From NCBI GenBank assembly GCA_947306705.1, contig CAMZHD010000001.1, positions 1 through 61,371 of the forward strand: DNA of 61,371 nt. The letters run 5' to 3'. A program made the position numbers and the translations under genes. Shown in pieces: positions 1 through 8,462 of this stretch. Positions within the stretch are counted from its first letter, which is position 1. Each line of letters opens with the position of its first letter. A model generated the notes under the pieces. The model did no database searches, was not told the DNA's origin, and saw only the letters and a program-made list of their open reading frames with translations. Origin of the DNA: an uncultured Bacillales bacterium (GTDB taxonomy: Bacteria > Bacillota_I > Bacilli_A > RF39 > UBA660).

Positions 1-978
1 TTAGATTGTTGTATTGGACAAATCAATGTTTGTTAGAGGTTGATCCCCTTTATATCTTAGGATTCCTTCCCATGCCCCTGAATATGGACAAACTCCTAAT
101 TCTCTTCCATTTCCATCTCCGTTGACATTATCAAAGTCTCCATGAGCTCCTACCATAAAGCCTTCTCCAATATACATTTCTGTATGCTTTGTTTCATTTA
201 ATAAAACATCTCCTGGCCGTAAATCTTCTACTTTTGGATTTCCTGGAATCCATTCAAATAGTCCCGTAGAAGTAAATGCCTTCCTCATATTATGGGTTGT
301 TTTTGCTCCTGCAGCTTTTACTCCCGTTCCGGCAGAATCCCAACAGGTAATAACGAAAGAAGAGCAATCGTAGTTTGGATTTCCATAACGAGTTTGTTGG
401 GAATATCCGTGAGTATCATCTTGAGCAATTTCAATTGCTTTTGTTAGAACTTGTCTAACAGTACCAGTAGTCGTTGGTGCTACTTCATCCACTGTAACAG
501 CATTGGTTAATTCACGAGATCCTCTTCTAATGCCTTGATAGATATTAAGATGTCCTGTTGTTTGAGCATTTGTTATGGCTGTGCTAGATCCTAAGGAAGG
601 AGTTGAGGCTGCGGCTAGTGATGCTTCAATACTTGCTTTTAATTGTTCTAATTTTTCTTGACAACTTGAAATAATTCCATAGTAGTTTGCTTTACCAGGA
701 TCATCTTCTGTTAGAGAAGATAGAGCTGCTTGGGCAGCTTGTAGTTGTTGCTTTACTTGTTTATATTCTTGATACGTTGCAACTGCACTTGCAAATGCTT
801 GCATTTGTTTTTCAATTGCAGATTTATATTCACTTAGAAAAGAAGTTGCTTGTTTCGCAATATTATCATAAGAGTCCCCTTGCCAGTTCGCATGTAATCC
901 TGTAATACATGTTTCATAGGAACTTAAGGATGTACTTAAAGAACTCATATCACTACTAATCGTACCACTACTAACCAT
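1..978 (-). CDS. WXG100-like N-terminal hairpin fused to C-terminal NlpC/P60-type peptidoglycan hydrolase (candidate T7SS substrate), copy 1
   Basis: Complete 325-aa ORF (stop at 1-3). The N-terminus ...GLHANWQGDSYDNIAKQATSF... has a W-x-G turn between helical segments, as in EsxA-type proteins, followed by a Q/A-rich coiled-coil linker. The C-terminus has NPNYDCSSFV (Cys nucleophile context) and RPGDVLL..KHTEMYIG (His), typical of NlpC/P60. No Sec signal peptide. SD AAAGGATGA lies upstream of the ATG. Confidence 0.7.
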   Translation of the reverse strand: MVSSGTISSDMSSLSTSLSSYETCITGLHANWQGDSYDNIAKQATSFLSEYKSAIEKQMQAFASAVATYQEYKQVKQQLQAAQAALSSLTEDDPGKANYYGIISSCQEKLEQLKASIEASLAAASTPSLGSSTAITNAQTTGHLNIYQGIRRGSRELTNAVTVDEVAPTTTGTVRQVLTKAIEIAQDDTHGYSQQTRYGNPNYDCSSFVITCWDSAGTGVKAAGAKTTHNMRKAFTSTGLFEWIPGNPKVEDLRPGDVLLNETKHTEMYIGEGFMVGAHGDFDNVNGDGNGRELGVCPYSGAWEGILRYKGDQPLTNIDLSNTTI

Positions 979-1002
979 ACAATCATCCTTTCTATCATCT
1001 TC

Positions 1003-1040
1003 ATTATATCATTAATAAAACTATTTTTTTAAAAAAAAAA
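1003..1040 (-). promoter_or_regulatory. Putative sigma-A promoter with extended -10 for the gene at 1-978
   Basis: The minus strand reads TGATATAAT (1011->1003) about 25 nt upstream of the ATG. A T10/A7 tract (1040->1024) sits in the -35/UP position. The leader is conserved with the copy-2 leader at 49621-49658. Confidence 0.45.
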
Positions 1041-1060
1041 TTGTTCTTTACATAATAATA

Positions 1061-1086
1061 ATAGATAGTACCGGAGTACTATCTAT
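1061..1086 (-). terminator. Hairpin downstream of the 1101-1691 gene
   Basis: Perfect 11-bp stem ATAGATAGTAC/GTACTATCTAT with a 4-nt loop. The trailing sequence on the minus strand is A/T-rich but not a clean U-tract. Confidence 0.5.
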
Positions 1087-1100
1087 TATCTATTGGGGAG

Positions 1101-1691
1101 TTATTTTATTAATTGTTTGTTATCCGTTTTTGCTTCAGGCTGTTTTTTAGAATTCAAGTGAGCACTTAAAGAAATATTAAATGGGCATCCCACTAATATC
1201 CTTTCTTTGAATTCTTCGAATGTTTCAGGCCCGTCATACTCTAATCCGCTTTGTCTAATTTGTTCCATTAGTTCACTAAAATGAATATATCCATCTTTAG
1301 GAAAACCATATTTAACATAGTCAAAAGCATTGGAACGTATTCCATGTCTGAAACTTCTAACACTGCCCGTATAGTAACGAACAACGTCATCTAATGGTTC
1401 AGCATTTTGTTTTACAAAACCTAAACCATTTACATCTTTCTTTTCAAATACTAATCCTAGAATTAATCTCATTCTAATACTATCGTATTTCCAATAAGAT
1501 GCATAGCTTCGCGCTGCATCAGAAAAGTATTCCGAAATTTTTCCGTATTCTTTTTCACTGTCTATTTCACCTGGGATACGATAATCCTTTCTGACTTTTC
1601 TGTCATTACAGATGCAGACAGGAGCTGTTTCACGAGCAAAATCAGAATCACTTTTGATTTGTTGCAGTTTATCCAATAAACTATTTTCCAA
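1101..1691 (-). CDS. Hypothetical cytoplasmic protein (196 aa)
   Basis: Long ORF with no recognisable motif, signal peptide or TM segment. It is divergent from the LysR gene. Confidence 0.45.
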   Translation of the reverse strand: MENSLLDKLQQIKSDSDFARETAPVCICNDRKVRKDYRIPGEIDSEKEYGKISEYFSDAARSYASYWKYDSIRMRLILGLVFEKKDVNGLGFVKQNAEPLDDVVRYYTGSVRSFRHGIRSNAFDYVKYGFPKDGYIHFSELMEQIRQSGLEYDGPETFEEFKERILVGCPFNISLSAHLNSKKQPEAKTDNKQLIK

Positions 1692-1759
1692 CTCTAAACC
1701 CTCCTTCTATAGCATTTCGTTTGTAGGCCTCAAACTGGTTTGTATTATAATCACTTTTA

Positions 1760-1768
1760 TGCTATAAT
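1760..1768 (+). promoter_or_regulatory. Extended -10 element (TGCTATAAT) upstream of the LysR-type regulator gene
   Basis: TGCTATAAT at 1760-1768, about 50 nt upstream of the ATG at 1820. A second TATAAT lies at 1745-1750. Confidence 0.4.
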
Positions 1769-1819
1769 AAAAATACATATTTTTTATGTTATTCATAACT
1801 TTTGGTTATGGGAGGTTCT

Positions 1820-2698
1820 ATGAAGACAAATTTGGAATATTATAAAGTTTTCTATACGGTTGCGAAAAACAAAAATATTACGCAAGCAGCGAATGAATTA
1901 ATGGTATCTCAACCGGCTGTTAGTAAGAGTATTAAACTCTTAGAAAGAGATTTAGATACTATTCTTTTCACTAGAAGTAAGGATGGAGTTACTCTAACAA
2001 ATGCAGGAGAAATCTTATACAATAAAATTCATCAATCCATGGAATTGATTCAATCTGCTGAAGAAGATATTGATCAATTAAATAATATGGAGCAAGGTAC
2101 AATCAACATTGGTGCAGGAAATACGATTATGCAGAGATACTTAATGCCTTACATTAAAGAATTTCATGAAAAGTATCCGAATATCAATGTAATTGTTCAT
2201 ACTTTAGTTACTGGAGAATTATTTAAAAGAGCTCAGTTAGGATTAGTGGATATTGTATTTACGCATTTACCAAATAACATACCAGATGGTTTCAATGTGA
2301 TTAAGATTAAGAAGTTACATGATACATTTGTCGTGAATAAAGATAGTGAATATAAAGATAAAACTATTAAGAAGAAAGATTTAAATACTCTTCCTCTTGT
2401 TCTATTACCTTTTAGTGCTAGTAACCGAAATAACTTTAATAAATTTTGTTTAAAAAATAATATAATTATTAATCCCTTAATGGAAATTGGAAATGACTTA
2501 ATCATTGAAGATTGTGCACAAAATGGATTGGGTGTTGGATTAGTTGTGAGAGAATATGTACAAAATAAATTAGATTCCGGAGAATTATTTGAACTAAAAA
2601 CAAACTTCCATATAGAAGAAAAAGACTTAGTTTGTTCCATTGATGAAAGTCGTATGAACAATAAGATCATTCAAAATTTTATTAGTTTACTAAAATAA
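1820..2698 (+). CDS. LysR-family transcriptional regulator
   Basis: N-terminal wHTH motif NITQAANELMVSQPAVSKSIKLLERDL, followed by a substrate-binding-domain-sized C-terminus. Start set to the ATG at 1820, 5 nt after GGGAGG. The track ORF starts at a TTG at 1802. Confidence 0.85.
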   Translation: MKTNLEYYKVFYTVAKNKNITQAANELMVSQPAVSKSIKLLERDLDTILFTRSKDGVTLTNAGEILYNKIHQSMELIQSAEEDIDQLNNMEQGTINIGAGNTIMQRYLMPYIKEFHEKYPNINVIVHTLVTGELFKRAQLGLVDIVFTHLPNNIPDGFNVIKIKKLHDTFVVNKDSEYKDKTIKKKDLNTLPLVLLPFSASNRNNFNKFCLKNNIIINPLMEIGNDLIIEDCAQNGLGVGLVVREYVQNKLDSGELFELKTNFHIEEKDLVCSIDESRMNNKIIQNFISLLK

Positions 2699-2726
2699 AA
2701 AAAGAGAATTTAATTCTCTTTTTTAT
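2695..2726. terminator. Bidirectional rho-independent terminator between convergent units
   Basis: Stem AGAGAATT/AATTCTCT (2703-2719), flanked by an A-run upstream and a T-run downstream. Confidence 0.75.
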
Positions 2727-3235
2727 TGATTATTTAAATATGTTTCTATTGCCATGATCATGTCGGGAACAATCACTTTATTTTTTTCATTTTTATCCAT
2801 ATTCTCTTTTAGATATTGGACAGCTTCTTTTACTGGAATTGTTTCTAATTGGAAGTTTCCTTCTTTTTCATGTTCTGTATACTGACTGTTTTCTAGATTA
2901 GGACTCTTATCTGTTTCAATCCAATAATAATAGATTTCTGCTTTTCTATTTTTTCCTGGTTCTGGCCAATCTCTATTTTTAAATACTACTTTTAAAAATG
3001 GTTCTTGGATTTCTTCCTCTTCTATCTCAATTCCTGTTTCTTCTCTAATTTCTCTTTTTAGACAATCTATTAGGGACTCTCCTTCTTCTACATGGCCTCC
3101 TGGAAATTGATAAATATTATTTTCATTTCCAAAAAGAATTTTTTCGTCCTTTATGATCAATGCTTTTGTACGAACGACTACTTCTGTAATTTCTTCTTCC
3201 TCTACATTGTCTTGATTATGGATTATCTCCTTCAT
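2723..3235 (-). CDS. NUDIX hydrolase (last gene of the 10-gene operon)
   Basis: Nudix box GGHVEEGESLIDCLKREIREETGIE. Start set to the ATG at 3235 (MKEIIH), preceded by GGGAG. Confidence 0.8.
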   Translation of the reverse strand: MKEIIHNQDNVEEEEITEVVVRTKALIIKDEKILFGNENNIYQFPGGHVEEGESLIDCLKREIREETGIEIEEEEIQEPFLKVVFKNRDWPEPGKNRKAEIYYYWIETDKSPNLENSQYTEHEKEGNFQLETIPVKEAVQYLKENMDKNEKNKVIVPDMIMAIETYLNNQ

Positions 3236-3254
3236 ATGATCATCTCCCTCTATA

Positions 3255-3857
3255 TTATAAATCATTTCTATCTTTGATGAAACTTTTTCCTTTTTTCTTC
3301 CATTCTTGTATTGCGATTTCTCCTAATTCTTCTGGAAGAAATAATTCTGAATTTAATAGAATTCCTTTTACAAAATCATGGGAACATACATCTTCCCATT
3401 TTTCTTTTTCAGATTGTTGTTCTAGAATAGCTTCTTTTAAGGAACTATTTCTTTTTGGTTTACCTGTATTTTGGAAACGAATAGTCTCTCTTTCCAAACA
3501 AGTTTCTGGAGAACAATCTAAGTAAATCGCAATTACTTCGATTCCATTCTCTTTGAGGTTTTCCAATAATTCTTGTGAGATGGTTGGAACATATTCTGTT
3601 TCTCTACTTAATTGAACAGCATAGTGAACATCTGATAATACTACTTCTTCTCTCTTGCATTTCTTTAGAAAGTATTCATCTACTTCCTTTGAAGAGATTT
3701 CTTGAAAGATATTCTTGATTCCTCTTTCTTTTCCAAGTTCATAAAATCCATCTACTCTTCGAAAAGAAATACTGTTTGGTATTACCTTTTCTAAGTGTCT
3801 TGCCAATGTTGTTTTTCCACAAGCAGTGGGTCCCCCAATCAATATTACAGTACTCAT
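3255..3857 (-). CDS. P-loop NTPase, small-molecule or nucleoside kinase-like
   Basis: Walker A IGGPTACGKTTLARHL at the extreme N-terminus. At 200 aa it is kinase-sized. Its start overlaps the stop of the upstream gene. Confidence 0.55.
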   Translation of the reverse strand: MSTVILIGGPTACGKTTLARHLEKVIPNSISFRRVDGFYELGKERGIKNIFQEISSKEVDEYFLKKCKREEVVLSDVHYAVQLSRETEYVPTISQELLENLKENGIEVIAIYLDCSPETCLERETIRFQNTGKPKRNSSLKEAILEQQSEKEKWEDVCSHDFVKGILLNSELFLPEELGEIAIQEWKKKGKSFIKDRNDL

Positions 3858-4990
3858 AGGGTTTTCACTTTTGGTCTAATATATTCTGCAAATTCATCAT
3901 CAGGAGTTTCCTCTGTTGGATTCAATCCTTGGTAGAATTCTATTAATTCTTCTAATTTTATCTTTGGTTGATTCTCAATTTCTTGGAAATGATTTTTCAT
4001 TCGATTTCCTAATTCACCACAATAGAATACTTGATCTGGATCTAAATGAGAACGAATTGTAGAACCTAATGCATAGATTTTTTCTGTTTCTACACCTTCT
4101 CTTAGTAGTTCCTTTAATGCTTCAATTGCTTCTTCTTTCACAGATCCTTCTTTTAGGGAGAATCCTGCAATTTCTTTACTATGATCTAGATATTTTAAGT
4201 AGAAACCATACTCATCAAATAATTCAATTAAATCAATTAGGTTTTGATCAATTCTCCAACCACCACCTTGGAATACAAATACTCCTTCTTTACTTTTTTC
4301 CATCGCTTTTCTACAAAAGTTTAAATAGAATTTCAAAGAAGAAGGGCTCATCTCTAATAAGGCATGATTTGACATTGCGATATCAAATTCAATTGGTTCA
4401 TTTCTCATTTCCCATAGTTTCCAATAAGGGATATGAATACAACGAGAAGATCTATCTAAGTCTTGTGTTACAAGCTCATTTACTCCCGTTTTAGAGATTC
4501 TTTCAAATAATCGATTTTGTATTAAATAGAAGGCTTGCGTTACATCCGTTGATGCATAATTATAATCATCTTCTAGTAAGAGACATCCTAAGGTTCCAGA
4601 ACCTCCTCCTATTTCTAGTACTCTTTTTCCTTTTATATCATCTGTCGTGGATTCTAGAATTCTCTTCTCACATACAGAAGCCATCATAGGAGCTTTTACT
4701 AAGAAATGACCACCATATAGTTCTTTGGTTGCTTCAAAGATATCAATGGTTGCTTTTTTGACTAAATCAAATTCTTCTTTTGTAATTCCATTGCATAAAT
4801 CATGAAAGTGTCTTTCAAAACTATATGCATGCATACTATCAATATAACGAATTAATTCTTGTTCTTTCTCTACGTTTGTGGGAAATCCTCCATTATTAAA
4901 TGCTTTTGGTTTAAATGTTCTTATGAATCGATTGGATAATTGAATTCTTCCATCAATTTCTTTTTGATTGTAGTCTTCTATCGTTAGCAT
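3854..4990 (-). CDS. Class I SAM-dependent methyltransferase with a ~120-aa N-terminal extension
   Basis: Motif I VLEIGGGSGTLGCLLLEDD with an acidic residue after beta-2 (YASTDV). Overlaps both neighbouring genes. Confidence 0.65.
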   Translation of the reverse strand: MLTIEDYNQKEIDGRIQLSNRFIRTFKPKAFNNGGFPTNVEKEQELIRYIDSMHAYSFERHFHDLCNGITKEEFDLVKKATIDIFEATKELYGGHFLVKAPMMASVCEKRILESTTDDIKGKRVLEIGGGSGTLGCLLLEDDYNYASTDVTQAFYLIQNRLFERISKTGVNELVTQDLDRSSRCIHIPYWKLWEMRNEPIEFDIAMSNHALLEMSPSSLKFYLNFCRKAMEKSKEGVFVFQGGGWRIDQNLIDLIELFDEYGFYLKYLDHSKEIAGFSLKEGSVKEEAIEALKELLREGVETEKIYALGSTIRSHLDPDQVFYCGELGNRMKNHFQEIENQPKIKLEELIEFYQGLNPTEETPDDEFAEYIRPKVKTL

Positions 4991-5673
4991 ATTTTTTCTC
5001 CTTTCTTAGGTTTTTCTAATTCTAAACCATTCTTGTTTAGTTTATAAACTTTATCAGATATTTTCTGGATAAAACTGATTTCGTGAGAAACAATAATTAA
5101 AGTCATATCCTCTTTTCCTAATTGACTAATGAGGTTTAATACACTCTCTTTCATTTCTTCATCGAGAGCGGATGTTGGTTCATCTAATAAGATAATATCT
5201 GGTTTCATTAATATTGTTCTCGCAATGGCAACTCTTTGTTTTTGTCCACCAGATAATTCCTCTGGATATTTGTCTTTCTTTTCTAATAAATCTATTTCTT
5301 TTAAAATATTTGTTGCCATCTTAATACTTTTTTCTTTTTCAATTTTTTGAATTTGTGTTAAACCTATTGTTAAATTCTCAAGAACCGTTAAGTTTTCAAA
5401 TAAATTATAATCTTGAAATACAAAACCAATTCTTCTTCTTAATTCTGTTACTGGATAATCTATTATATTCTTTCCGTTTAAAAGGATTTCTCCAGAATCA
5501 ATTTCTTCTAATCGATTTAAACATTTTAAGAAAGTACTTTTTCCTACTCCACTTCTTCCTATGATTGAAATGATTTCTCCTTTTTTTACTTCTAGAGAAA
5601 CATTTCTAAATACCGTTTCATTTCCATAAGATTTTCCTACTTTATTAATTTTTAATACTTTTTCTCTTTTCAT
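4984..5673 (-). CDS. ABC transporter ATP-binding protein (polar amino acid type)
   Basis: Walker A GRSGVGKST, signature LSGGQKQRVAIART, Walker B ILLDEPTSALD. Confidence 0.9.
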   Translation of the reverse strand: MKREKVLKINKVGKSYGNETVFRNVSLEVKKGEIISIIGRSGVGKSTFLKCLNRLEEIDSGEILLNGKNIIDYPVTELRRRIGFVFQDYNLFENLTVLENLTIGLTQIQKIEKEKSIKMATNILKEIDLLEKKDKYPEELSGGQKQRVAIARTILMKPDIILLDEPTSALDEEMKESVLNLISQLGKEDMTLIIVSHEISFIQKISDKVYKLNKNGLELEKPKKGEKIC

Positions 5674-6431
5674 TTAGAAAACCTCCTTGGATTCATTCTT
5701 TTATCTGCATAATCTAATAATTTTCCTAGTAAGAAACAAATTAGAAAATAAATAAACGCTGTAAAGATTAATGGGAAGAAAGCTTCATAGGTTCTATTTC
5801 TTACAATATCACTTGCTTTTGTTAAATCTATAATAGAAATGTAACTCGCAATAGAAGTTAATTTAATAAGAGAAACCATTTCATTTTTATAGACTGGGAT
5901 CATATACGATAGAACTTGTGGAAGAATAATAAATCTTAATGTTTGTTTTTTTGTAAATCCCATCGAATAAGCAGAATAGATTTGATTTTTATTAATCGAT
6001 GCATAAGCTCCTTTCATTACTTCGGCAGCATAAGCAGAAAAGTAAATCGAAAAAGTTATGACTGCAACTAATACTGGATTAATGTCAATCATTCCAAAGA
6101 TTACATAATAGAAGATCAATAACAATACTGTGATCGGTATTCCTTGTAGAAGTCTAATGAAAATCGTTGTGATTTTTTGAATTGTTTTTTCTTTTCTACT
6201 AAGAATGAATAAGATAAATCCTAAGATGGTTCCAAAAAGAATGGATAATACCGATATTAATATGGTATTGGTTAATCCTTTTAAGAATATCTTGTATCGA
6301 TCTTCAAATAGTAATGTTCTATAAAAACTATTTTTAAAACTCTGTATCCCATTCCATATCATTGTATGGTTTTGATATAGGAAGATACTTAAAATCAATA
6401 GAAGAAAAAGTAGTATCATTTTCTTTTTCAT
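5670..6431 (-). CDS. Amino-acid ABC transporter permease
   Basis: Multi-TM protein with an EAA-like loop SAYSMGFTKKQTLRFIILPQ. Start set to the ATG at 6431 (MKKKMILL), 8 nt after AGGGG. The track ORF extends to 6452. Confidence 0.8.
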   Translation of the reverse strand: MKKKMILLFLLLILSIFLYQNHTMIWNGIQSFKNSFYRTLLFEDRYKIFLKGLTNTILISVLSILFGTILGFILFILSRKEKTIQKITTIFIRLLQGIPITVLLLIFYYVIFGMIDINPVLVAVITFSIYFSAYAAEVMKGAYASINKNQIYSAYSMGFTKKQTLRFIILPQVLSYMIPVYKNEMVSLIKLTSIASYISIIDLTKASDIVRNRTYEAFFPLIFTAFIYFLICFLLGKLLDYADKRMNPRRFSK

Positions 6432-6432
6432 A

Positions 6433-7215
6433 TTAAGAACCCCTAACGACAATTACAATTCCACCTGTGTAATCTGGTTCTGCGAATAAAACTGATTTTT
6501 TTCTTTCTTCTGTCACAATGATAGAAGTACCAGCCATATCTATTTTTCCAGATTTTAAGGCAGGAATAACCCCTTCAAAAGCCATATCAATAATTTCTAA
6601 TTCATATTTTAATTCTTTACAAACCATTTTTATTACTTCAATATCATACCCTACTAGTTCATTATTCTTATAATAAGCAAATGGGGCATTTCCAGATACA
6701 GCAGCAAATGTAATCTTTTTTCCATTTGTTTCATATTCATATGTGTCTAGTATTTTTTTCTCTTCATCATTTCCCATCCATTTTTCTTCTAATTTTTGTA
6801 GAGTTCCATTTTCTTTCATTTTTTTAATTTCTCTACTGATTTCTTTTTCTAACTCCGTTAGTTTTGGATTTAAGGCAAATGCATAACTATCTTCTGTTAA
6901 TTTTTCTTCTAATATTTTTAAATCTGGATGTTCTCGAAGAATCTCTTTCGCTAGAGGTTCATCTGTTAGGAAGCCATCTATTTTTCCAGATTTTAAGGCA
7001 GCAATTTGATCACTGTAACTATTATAGTATTGAGGAGTAGCTCCTTTGATATGTTCTTTTAGAATAGTATCATATTCTGAACCTGTATATACTCCAATCT
7101 TTTTATTCTCTAAATCTGTCATTGTTTGAATCGATGGCAATTCTCTTTGGCATCCTGTTACTAATACTAGAATGATTAGAATGAATAAAATGATTCCTTT
7201 ATGATTCTTTAACAT
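6433..7215 (-). CDS. Lipoprotein, family-3 (GlnH/ArtJ-like) solute-binding protein, circularly permuted
   Basis: Lipobox LVTGC. The C-terminal part KITFAAVSGNAPFAYYKNNELVGYDIEV...ALKSGKIDMAGTSIIVTEERKK matches the N-terminal lobe of GlnH-type proteins. The N-terminal part DLENKKIGVYTGSEYD...GTLQKLEEKWMG matches their C-terminal part. Confidence 0.8.
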   Translation of the reverse strand: MLKNHKGIILFILIILVLVTGCQRELPSIQTMTDLENKKIGVYTGSEYDTILKEHIKGATPQYYNSYSDQIAALKSGKIDGFLTDEPLAKEILREHPDLKILEEKLTEDSYAFALNPKLTELEKEISREIKKMKENGTLQKLEEKWMGNDEEKKILDTYEYETNGKKITFAAVSGNAPFAYYKNNELVGYDIEVIKMVCKELKYELEIIDMAFEGVIPALKSGKIDMAGTSIIVTEERKKSVLFAEPDYTGGIVIVVRGS

Positions 7216-8449
7216 ATTCTCTCTCCTTTCCTACTGCTTCTATTTTAAATTTACTAAATACATCTGTCATTTTCGCAAGAGTTTCTTCTGGTGTTTCTCC
7301 TTGAACTTGAACCCATCCAGAAGCATCATTTCCTACTCTTCTTTTCTTTTGATATTTTCCTAATTGTGCGAACATTTCTCCTCCGATGACTCCATCCATT
7401 TGTAGAAGTTCTTCTAGAGGAGTTAATTCTGTAATGATTCCTTCTTTGTTTGGTAAATATAAGTCCCCTACACTGATGATTTTATCTGGATAAGATAAGG
7501 TTACTTTATTATGAAGAGCAATATCAATTAATAGATTATAAATATCTATTCCATAAGAATAACTATGGTTTAGAGTGGATTGACATCCTGGTAATCTCCA
7601 ACCTAATTCACTAGCTTTTACTTGTCCATCTTCGGAAATGAATACTTCAATTGTCATTGCTCCATCCTTTAAATTCATTCCTGTTACAATTGTTTGAATG
7701 AACTCTTTTGGAACAAACTGGAAATACTCTGGTACTTCCGGTACTGTCATATGACAATTTAAATCATTCGCAATCGATGCCCAAATCGTTGGGTTTGGAA
7801 TATATGTTAAGTAGGAGTCTAGAACTACTCCATCTTGGACTAAACTTTCGATTGCCCATTCATGGTCTGAACAGAAATCTTCTGCCATATATTTTCCAGG
7901 TTCCCATTTAATATCTAAATTCTCGATATCTTCTAGAGAATCTATTTTATACGTATCGATACTATTCATTCCTCTTCTAGGTTTGAAGACGATTCTTTTT
8001 CCACCATTTTTTTGGAAGAATTCTATTAATTCTTCTTTTGAATCGATTGGGGTAAAGTCTACCGTATCTAGACCAATCTCACGGAATCTTTCTTTCATTT
8101 TTACTTTATCTCTTACCCATGCCGTTTGTTCTTCTGTTAATGCTTCTAATCCTAATTTAGAAGCAAATTGATTGGAATACTCTAAATAGTATTCTGAGTC
8201 ATTGAAGAAATAATCGATTTCTAGATGATTTTGTCTTAACCATTCTTGAAACTTTTTTACTTCTTCATCCATATCACCATAATAGTCTGCGACATAACAT
8301 GGAAACTTTTCAGTTTCTTTTAAGTATTCTTCCCTAAAAAACTTCATATTTTTAGTAGAACGTAAAATGATTAAGTTTATATCTTTTCTTTCCTGAAGTT
8401 TATGAGATAAGTTCGATTCATATTCTTCAAAATATAATAATGTCTTCAT
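7199..8449 (-). CDS. ATP-grasp enzyme (L-amino-acid or carboxylate-amine ligase-like), 416 aa
   Basis: ATP-grasp-type central region ...GGKRIVFKPRRGMNSIDTYKI... and overall size. Start set to the ATG at 8449 (MKTLLYF), preceded by AAGGAGAAGGA. The track ORF starts at 8491. Confidence 0.65.
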   Translation of the reverse strand: MKTLLYFEEYESNLSHKLQERKDINLIILRSTKNMKFFREEYLKETEKFPCYVADYYGDMDEEVKKFQEWLRQNHLEIDYFFNDSEYYLEYSNQFASKLGLEALTEEQTAWVRDKVKMKERFREIGLDTVDFTPIDSKEELIEFFQKNGGKRIVFKPRRGMNSIDTYKIDSLEDIENLDIKWEPGKYMAEDFCSDHEWAIESLVQDGVVLDSYLTYIPNPTIWASIANDLNCHMTVPEVPEYFQFVPKEFIQTIVTGMNLKDGAMTIEVFISEDGQVKASELGWRLPGCQSTLNHSYSYGIDIYNLLIDIALHNKVTLSYPDKIISVGDLYLPNKEGIITELTPLEELLQMDGVIGGEMFAQLGKYQKKRRVGNDASGWVQVQGETPEETLAKMTDVFSKFKIEAVGKEREYVKES

Positions 8450-8462
8450 CTTATCCTTCTCC

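Noticed and set aside
687-905. Dozens of 60-145-aa ORFs in the six-frame track lie antisense to, or nested in, long genes. Examples: 687-905, 2233-2670, 3274-3525, 4069-4494, 8519-8767, 12823-13065, 16529-16732, 21008-21271, 23508-23884, 39269-39580, 44276-44674, 51584-51871, 55112-55351, 60289-60642, 60797-61236.
   Set aside because: They are Leu/Ile/Phe/Ser-rich translations typical of shadow frames in AT-rich DNA. They lack SD sequences and overlap ORFs that carry strong family motifs.
1024-1040. The T7/A10 homopolymer pair upstream of WXG-NlpC/P60 copy 1, considered as a phase-variation switch.
   Set aside because: The tract lies upstream of, or at, the -35 position of a promoter with an extended -10, not in the spacer or the coding region. 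It looks more like an UP-element. No population data are available to show length variation.
1795-1809. The palindrome ATAAC-TTTTG-GTTAT (contains a T-N11-A LysR-box pattern) just before the LysR gene.
   Set aside because: It overlaps the SD and start region rather than sitting in the divergent promoter. Short AT-rich palindromes like this are expected by chance in this composition. A single occurrence is not enough to call an operator.
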